From: Octopus bimaculoides
Lineage: Eukaryota
Length of the DNA: 60,401 nucleotides
NCBI RefSeq assembly: GCF_001194135.2
Contig: NC_068994.1
Coordinates: 37,872,513 to 37,932,913, forward strand
Direction of reading: 5' to 3'
Shown: one piece after another, positions 53,341-60,401 of the stretch
Layout: the number at the start of each line of letters is the position of its first letter
Position numbering within the stretch: the stretch's first letter is position 1
Notes under the pieces: model-generated
Databases searched by the model: none
What the model saw: only the letters and a program-made list of their open reading frames with translations
Told to the model about the DNA's origin: nothing
Made by a program: the position numbers and the translations under genes

Positions 53341-53463
53341 GAGAGACAGATAGATAGATAGATAACTCCGGCCAGTCAGTAGCCAAAGAAACAGATTTCA
53401 ACTCAAACCAGCAGTAACATTCCTTGTTTAGATTTTTCTACTTTCGCTTCTGACAGCTAATAC

Positions 53464-53521
53464 CATGACAGTGCCCATTTTCCAAAATGCGAATTTTCTG
53501 TTTTGCAGTAGTTTTCTCCAT
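53464..53521 (-). CDS. Candidate first coding exon MEKTTAKQKIRILENGHCH(G)
   Basis: ATG in strong context (accacaATGG), donor CATG|gtatta. An upstream strong donor ATAT|gtaagt at 53817 suggests a non-coding exon 1 near the promoter motifs. Confidence 0.3.
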
Positions 53522-54027
53522 TGTGGTAAGACTTGGTTTCTTGTTTGTAATGTTGATGTTATTGCGTTCCTTCCATGTGTTCCTTCGTTTTGTTGTCCTT
53601 GTTTTGTAAAGTTTGTAATAAATGTCATTGTATCGCATAGATTTCCAAGGTTCTCGTACATTTCAGAGGGTTTTTTCTTCGTTTCGGTTTCTTCATTATT
53701 TTGTGTAGAAGGATGGGGTGTTGAGTTAAGTTTGTTTAAGACTGTTATTAGGTTTGAGTTTATGTTCTTCAGTATCTCTTCATAAAATATGTACATACAA
53801 TATATGATATACTTACATATATACACGAAAGCACCACATTAGCACCTACATCGCTAAAATTAGAAGTCAAAAATACTTCTGTGCCACAGAATAGTCACAA
53901 ATCTAATACAGGTGTAGCGTACACTTGAGTGAAATTCCTCTCCTCTCTGTTATATATACATATATACGAACGTAGTAGATAACAGCTAGCCTTTGGCTGC
54001 ATTTTGGACCCTGTTGTGTCCACTACT

Positions 54028-54122
54028 CTGATTGGTTGGTGTTGACGTAATTTGTCTCTTACTCTATTCGCGCCAATATGCAACCCAACCAATCGCAGCC
54101 TTCAAATAAGGTCACATGTGAC
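54028..54122. promoter_or_regulatory. Candidate bidirectional promoter: three CCAAT boxes, a CRE-like site and a palindromic E-box
   Basis: ATTGG 54031-35, TGACGTAA 54043-50, CCAAT 54073-77 and 54089-93, GTCACATGTGAC 54111-22, locally elevated CpG. Confidence 0.55.
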
Positions 54123-54248
54123 AGCCTGTTTTCTACCCAGCTTTGAGCCTACAACTTCTTATAATAACCTAACTTTTCCTCACCTTCAATGTCTTTCATT
54201 TCCAGACCTTTTACGGTCTAGCCACTGACCACACAAGACACAGCTGGA

Positions 54249-54311
54249 ATGGCAACACAGCAGCAGCCACGTGGATATTCACCAACTTCGTCCGACCATT
54301 ATACAGGCATG
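54249..54311 (+). CDS. Candidate first coding exon MATQQQPRGYSPTSSDHYTGM
   Basis: ATG in context ggaATGG with an in-frame upstream stop, donor ATG|gtagga. The last 10 nt and the donor lie inside a TIR, which weakens the call. Confidence 0.25.
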
Positions 54312-54420
54312 GTAGGAAAAAATTCCAGTGAACATTAAAAGTTGTATTAGATTTGTGACCATTCTGTGGTACAGAAGTAATTTCGACTTCTATTTTTCTC
54401 CATGTAGGTGCTTTCGTATG

Positions 54421-54463
<43 letters not shown>

Positions 54464-55671
54464 NNNNNNNNNNNNNNNNNNNNNNNNNNNNNNNNNNNNN
54501 NNNNNNNNNNNNNNNNNNNNNNNNNNNNNNNNNNNNNNNNNNNNNNNNNNNNNNNNNNNNNNNNNNNNNNNNNNNNNNNNNNNNNNNNNNNNNNNNNNNN
54601 NNNNNNNNNNNNNNNNNNNNNNNNNNNNNNNNNNNNNNNNNNNNNNNNNNNNNNNNNNNNNNNNNNNNNNNNNNNNNNNNNNNNNNNNNNNNNNNNNNNN
54701 NNNNNNNNNNNNNNNNNNNNNNNNNNNNNNNNNNNNNNNNNNNNNNNNNNNNNNNNNNNNNNNNNNNNNNNNNNNNNNNNNNNNNNNNNNNNNNNNNNNN
54801 NNNNNNNNNNNNNNNNNNNNNNNNNNNNNNNNNNNNNNNNNNNNNNNNNNNNNNNNNNNNNNNNNNNNNNNNNNNNNNNNNNNNNNNNNNNNNNNNNNNN
54901 NNNNNNNNNNNNNNNNNNNNNNNNNNNNNNNNNNNNNNNNNNNNNNNNNNNNNNNNNNNNNNNNNNNNNNNNNNNNNNNNNNNNNNNNNNNNNNNNNNNN
55001 NNNNNNNNNNNNNNNNNNNNNNNNNNNNNNNNNNNNNNNNNNNNNNNNNNNNNNNNNNNNNNNNNNNNNNNNNNNNNNNNNNNNNNNNNNNNNNNNNNNN
55101 NNNNNNNNNNNNNNNNNNNNNNNNNNNNNNNNNNNNNNNNNNNNNNNNNNNNNNNNNNNNNNNNNNNNNNNNNNNNNNNNNNNNNNNNNNNNNNNNNNNN
55201 NNNNNNNNNNNNNNNNNNNNNNNNNNNNNNNNNNNNNNNNNNNNNNNNNNNNNNNNNNNNNNNNNNNNNNNNNNNNNNNNAGATGTCCTCCTGGGGCTAA
55301 AAGCAACAGTAACATCCACCCCTAGGGGTCAGCCACACTTAAGTGGCAATATACTACACTTTATCGTGCAGTTACTGTTAATACTTCATTTAGAGAATTA
55401 ACATTGCTTATATATATATATTTATATATATATTATAATTTAGGGTATCTAAGAGATACTGCCATGCTGAAAATAGCAGCCAAATCTTGACTCTAAACCA
55501 CAATAAATGTTCATATAGCACCAGGGATGAAGACGGAGAAACAAAATAAACTAGCAGGCGATATTTCTTAGATATCCTAAATTATAATTTTAAATAATTG
55601 TTACCTTTGATGGTTTTTATTCCCATGCTGGCCACTTGATAAAATCGATATTTAAATATCAATCATATACT

Positions 55672-55702
<31 letters not shown>

Positions 55703-56057
55703 ATATATAAGTATATCTTATATTGTATGTATATATTTTATTAATTTGCCTGTATGGCTGATAAACTTACACCTTGATGGTATTGTGATAATACCATCTC
55801 TTCTTATATCTATTTATAAATAATTTCACACACTTCGTTTGTTTAAATAGCTTTGGTCACTTCAAACGAACTTGTGCAGGCATGGAAGGGGGAAATTTTA
55901 GTCGTAGTTAGCTAGCAGACTTTCGCTGAAATGAAACAGACACCTATTTGTCACTAATTTTGAAGCCGGTTCCAAGTTGACCAGTATTGCTTGTGCTGAC
56001 CTAGCAGAGGTAAGATGTTTTTAATGTTCACTGGAATTTTTTCCTACCATGCCTGTA
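54302..56057. mobile_element. Putative Tc1/mariner-pogo-type non-autonomous element with perfect TIRs (37 bp plus TA at each end), spanning an assembly gap
   Basis: tacaggcatggtaggaaaaaattccagtgaacattaaaa (54302-40) is the exact reverse complement of 56019-56057. Confidence 0.75.
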
Positions 56058-56279
56058 CTAAATTTGTGGCTATTCTGTGGAACAGAAGTTTTTTTAACTT
56101 CTATTTTTAGTGTTGTAGGTGTGCATCTGGTGCCTTCATGTATATATATATATAAGTATATCTTATATTGTATGTATATAGTTTATTAATTTGCCTGTAC
56201 AGCTGATAAACTCGCTTGTTACACATGATGGTATTTTAATAATACCACTCCTTCTTATATTCATATATATATATATGGA

Positions 56280-56465
56280 TATATGTTCAAATGTACAGAA
56301 AACAAAAGACAAAGGCAGGTGAGGAAACAACAAGCAGGTATATTAGTTTGATGCTCAGGAAGAAAGGAAAATCTTCAACGTTTTGAGGCTATACTCTTCA
56401 ACAGAAAGCAACAAGAGGAAAAGAAATGGCAACAGAGAGAAAAATAGCGGAGAGAGAAAAAAATA
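56280..56465 (-). mobile_element. PLE-derived mini-element with a hammerhead-like motif (56373-56408)
   Basis: Minus strand ttCTGttGAaGAGtatagcCTCaAAACGTTg; colinear with 7688-7875. Confidence 0.6.
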
Positions 56466-56498
56466 TTGATATCATGTGAAAGACAGTTCCAACGCCAG

Positions 56499-56990
56499 TA
56501 GCAGACAATTCATGTCTACCAACAATAGAAATACGTGTGCTTTTCTCATCCATACATCCATACTAGAGGTCCCCCTCAGGGTAAATAATGCAGTATTCAG
56601 CCTTCTAGAAAAGCATCAACATTAAGTTGGATATAAAGATGGCCTTCTAGCATTAATACTGCTTCTGTTGCTGATAATTATTTTTTAATAAGCCTAGTGG
56701 CTGTTTGCATCAATTCCTGGGAAGTCACTGAAATTCTATATACTGATGGCAGTGAAATTCAGCTGGTATGCAGCTACTGGACATCTGCCACTGAGAAGAT
56801 GGAACATATCGAAATCACTTGATCTGGCAGTCCTGATAGCCATAGCAGACGATTCCCATCGGCCAACAATACAAATATGTGTGATTTTATGTACCATGTG
56901 CCCATATGAGAGGTCCTCTCAAGGAAAATAAGATAGTATTCCACATTCTAACAAAATATCCATGTTAAGTTTGATATAAAAGGACTTAAA
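56499..56990. repeat. Diverged direct duplication (about 140 bp alignable, period about 344 bp)
   Basis: 56499-56640 aligns to 56843-56985 (tagcagac..ccaacaata.aaata.gtgtg.ttt...agaggtcc.ctca.gg.aaataa...agtattc...ttcta..aaa..atc.a..ttaagtt.gatataaa). Confidence 0.8.
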
Positions 56991-57092
56991 TAGGTGCAAG
57001 TGTGGTTCCGGGTTTAGTCCCACTGCATGGCACCTTGGGCAAGTGTCTTCTACTATAGCCTCGGGTCGACCAAAGCCTTATAAGTGGATTTG
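56990..57092 (+). mobile_element. SINE family B 5' part
   Basis: gtggttccgggtttagtcccactgcatggcaccttgggcaagtgtcttctactatagcctcgggtcgaccaaagcc. Confidence 0.9.
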
Positions 57093-57094
57093 GG

Positions 57095-57183
57095 ATGAGG
57101 GACATGTTGGATAAAATCATAATTAACAGACCCTCCTGTATTTTCTTTTACCAAAGGCCAGGAACTTTTCAGCACTCAACTTG
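57095..57183 (+). mobile_element. 3' end of the mariner family at 8599-8814
   Basis: atgttggataaaatcataattaac...tgtattttcttttacc..ggccaggaacttttcagca aligns to 8730-8810. Confidence 0.8.
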
Positions 57184-57227
57184 TGTGTATGCATGTATGT
57201 ACGCATATTTATATTCATTACGTAGAC

Positions 57228-57700
57228 ATGGGATGAAGTGGTGAGGCATAACCTTCGAACGTTGGGCCTCACAGAAGCAATGATGACTGCGACCTCTGGA
57301 GATATGCTGTGACTGCAAAGACCCAGCAAATACAGTGAGTTCACAGCTGTAGCCTACACTCATGTCGCATAACCAGCCCCAGCCCACTCAAAAGTACCTT
57401 GGATCATAGGGCAACATGTTGTGCTAGAGTGACATGCTGTGCTTCAGGAGATCTGTTGAGTCAAGTACATCAACATCAAGATCAAATGGAAATTGTAGTT
57501 GTGATCCCCGTGCCTGTGGCACATAAAAAGCACCCACTACACTCTCGGAGCAGTTAGTGTTAGGAAGGGCATCCAACTGTAGAAACACAGCCAGAACAGA
57601 CTGGAGCCTGGTGCAGCCTCCTGGATTCCCAGACCCCAGTCGAACCGTCCAACCCAAGCCAGCTTGGAAAATGGACGTTAAACGATGATGATGATGATGA
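57228..57700 (+). mobile_element. RTE LINE 3' end (ORF C-terminus, 3' UTR and (GAT)n tail)
   Basis: WDEVVRHNLRTLGLTEAM / DLWRYAVTAKTQQIQ*, then the ggaagggcatcc 3' UTR shared with the short tail fragments. Confidence 0.9.
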
Positions 57701-57787
57701 CATACAGATGCATACATGTATACATTATATATATATGCATGTATGTATGTGTGCTTATGTATATATGCATGTATATGAGTGCATGTA

Positions 57788-57861
<74 letters not shown>

Positions 57862-58595
57862 CGCATATTTACATATGTGTTCTGTGTATGTGTGTATATG
57901 TATGTCCCAACATGTCTCTGTGCCTCTTTTGTAATCTTATACAAGTCAGACACGAAAATTTAAGAAAAAACGAATGACATTATATATAATAAAAACATAT
58001 ATACAATAAATAATTCGTTTTTGACAACTTTGTTTTTACACAAATATGTGTGCATGCTTCTACGTGTAACTGCACAGATCTTTGTGTGTGTGTGTGTGTG
58101 TGTGTTCATATGACCGTGGGTATTTATAAATATAAAATGTATGTATAAATATATAAAAAGATAAAGAGAGCAATGGTAAAGTTGGAAATATATTTTATAA
58201 AATGTGTAATTTTTATTAATTTTTTTGCATGTATATTTGAATACTCCTAAATATTTCTTATGTAAGTGTGGTTGACTGATCATATGTTAATAATTTCTTG
58301 TGTCACTTTACTCTCAAGTAACTCTTTTTAACTCTATCAAGTACCAGACTCTTAGGCCAAAACAACATTTTACAAAATACCAAAATACCAAAGAACAATA
58401 TATTCCTAGATATTTAAAAATGACAGGACAGCCAAGGCCCTGACAGACTTTTATCATAGATCTAACTGATAAGGGCTGAACTGAAGCTAATATTAAATAC
58501 CATGACCTGGTAGTAGAGCTGGTGGATTGAACGTTCTACCCTGGGCAACACTTGTATAGGGATAGCAATTTTGGGTCTGCTGTGTAACCCCGTAT

Positions 58596-58794
58596 TAGGA
58601 CAAAATTTCACCAGACAAATTTTAAACAAAGATATCAACTAATAAATATTTGAAATTATTTTACAAAATTTCACCTTCCTAAAATATTTTTATTGTAAAG
58701 AAAGAACAATAGCCTGGAGGATATTGACTGCCAGGGGATTTTATACAGGGGGATTTTATACAGGGGGATTTTATCCGGTGGGGATTTTGTCCTA
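58596..58794. mobile_element. MITE with about 19-bp TIRs and subterminal ggggattttatac repeats
   Basis: taggacaaaatttcaccag / ccggtggggattttgtccta; 3-4 subterminal repeats at 58733-58792. Confidence 0.75.
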
Positions 58795-59699
58795 GTACCG
58801 AGTAACTCTGAGTAACGGGCAGAGTCAGTAACTCATCGGCCACCATGGATAACACACCTTCTAGCTAGACTGTGGCCATTAACAACTTATCAAACACATC
58901 AGCATACCTTTATGTAATCTCTTGACTTGCTATAACAGTAATCTCTCTTAAATCATACTTTAAACTTATAACCATTGGTCTGCTTGATCAGTGCTAACCT
59001 ATGATGAACAGCTAAAAATCAATACTGATAATTAGAGAACATACAGGGTAGCCTGTATATAGTCTTGCTATAAATAGCTGCCAGGCTCTCTTAAATCATG
59101 TCCTAACACCTTTGATCATTAGTCTATGAGATTAAGGAGCAACCAGGGGCTAAAAAACCTACAACAAATATCGATCTAAAATTATGATTTGATGAAAAGA
59201 TAGATGTCCTCTTTAACACTGGGAAATTTATAAAGCAACTACTTAAGTCAAAAGTGTAAATCTTACTTCAGATAAGATATTAGTCTGTTGCAATTTGTAT
59301 TTCTTGAAGGACTGGCATCTATTTTTCATATTTAATTGAGCTGCCACATCGTAGATGATGTGAATGAAATTTATACGAAGTCAAGAAAGCACATAGAAAT
59401 TCCTTCATGTGTCATTTAGAAGTTATTGCTGGTATTGGATTCAAAACTCAGGTCGGTCTATCAAGCAGACCTTTGATCAAAGTCTTTTATGCCCTGAACC
59501 AGCTAAGCTGCTCTATATATCTAGGGCTACATTGTTTGATGAGTCCTTCATCAAATGAATATTTATTGGTGAGGCATTGTTTACACTTGGATGCTCTTCC
59601 AGTTGCTAACACTAAAGCTGTTTTCCAAATAAGGGAGTTTTGATGCCGTGCTAGGAATATCATTCCAAGAGTGTATTCCAAATGAATTAATTTGAGATC

Positions 59700-59965
59700 A
59701 GATTACAGTAAATGATGTGTTTGCAGTATACTGAAAGCACAAGTTCAGAAGTGTCACAGACAGCAAGGAGATCCATGTAGTTGTTGAGTGGTATCCAAGA
59801 GATCAGAGAAGGCCACTCTGAAAGCCTCCACAACAATGGGAAGATGATTTAATTAAACAATTTTGGACAAGATAGAAAGGAATGACACAATCAAAAAAGA
59901 ATTGAAAGCACATTGTCATCAGCAATGTATAACACCTGATAGTCTCTTTGATACAGTGATATATG
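59700..59965 (+). mobile_element. RTE LINE 3' fragment (second lineage)
   Basis: VVEWYPRDQRRPL*KPPQQWEDDLIKQF matches EWYPRD.KR.RGRP..RW.DD. Confidence 0.8.
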
Positions 59966-60117
59966 TGTGTATGTAAAATAAAATACTATAATATATAAAA
60001 TATATTATAATGTAGGTGGCCCTTTAGCAATTAAAGCCTAAAAGTAAATTAATAAACAAGGGTACAAATTAGTACTAGCATTGCTAGAAATAAGAGTCAA
60101 AAATGACTTGTATAGAT

Positions 60118-60249
60118 ACACAAAGCACTAACCTCCCGAGCGAGGAAGCTAGCTAAAGCACCTTTCTATGGTGAGATAAGCTTATCATACAACGGTGCTT
60201 TAACTTGATCCCTTGCTTTTTGTCGACTCATGAGGTTAGTGCTTTGTGT
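60118..60249. repeat. Nested imperfect palindrome (foldback element)
   Basis: 18-bp perfect arms acacaaagcactaacctc / gaggttagtgctttgtgt, inner arms taaagcacc / ggtgcttta, central 12-bp palindrome gataagcttatc. Confidence 0.85.
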
Positions 60250-60354
60250 GGCTATTCGAGTTGTTATATGTGTGTATGTATGTGTATGTGTTTGTGTGTG
60301 TATAATTAAATATATATATATACAAACATATATACATACATACATATTTATGCA

Positions 60355-60401
<47 letters not shown>

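Noticed and set aside
53428-53826. 132-aa minus-strand ORF as a single-exon gene
   Set aside because: The strand is T-poor, so stops are rare. It runs through a strong donor at 53817, overlapping ORFs exist on both strands, and no domain is recognisable. Only the internal ATG exon was kept, at low confidence.
54206-54311. REEP/HVA22-like reading TFYGLATDHTRHSWNGNTAAATWIFTNFVRPLYRH
   Set aside because: SWNG and FVRP resemble the family but the spacing is about 4 residues off, the end lies in a TIR, and no upstream exon is evident.

Overview
AT-rich, repeat-saturated eukaryotic (metazoan) genomic DNA with 10 assembly gaps, most abutting (TA)n tracts. The microsatellite load and the recurring tRNA-derived SINE, RTE-LINE and MITE families look like an octopod cephalopod genome (inference from recognised repeat consensus, not a search). 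No long ORF is credible: nearly all ORFs in the supplied track are artefacts of N-gaps or microsatellites. Well supported: several SINE families (dozens of copies), RTE LINE 3' fragments, a 5'-truncated Penelope-like element (GIY-YIG C-terminus plus a fully foldable type I hammerhead ribozyme), two hammerhead-like mini-elements, mariner/Tc1/hAT/TTAA-type MITEs, a Merlin-like transposase remnant, a 24-26 bp minisatellite and an interstitial telomere-like tract. Moderately to weakly supported: a divergent (bidirectional) promoter near 54.0-54.1 kb and a chain of small minus-strand exon candidates from about 53.8 kb to 13.9 kb that I cannot assign to a named gene. The most unusual observations are (1) a phase-symmetric polyQ exon with a single TAA directly before an ATG, (2) a perfect 39-bp inverted repeat whose interior is duplicated outside it and which supplies a splice donor, (3) a decayed ~345-bp tandem duplication with a coding signature, (4) hammerhead variants and (5) a nested palindrome at 60.1 kb. 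I found no clear evidence of a complete new multi-gene system. SINE and LINE boundaries are approximate (+/- 10-30 bp).
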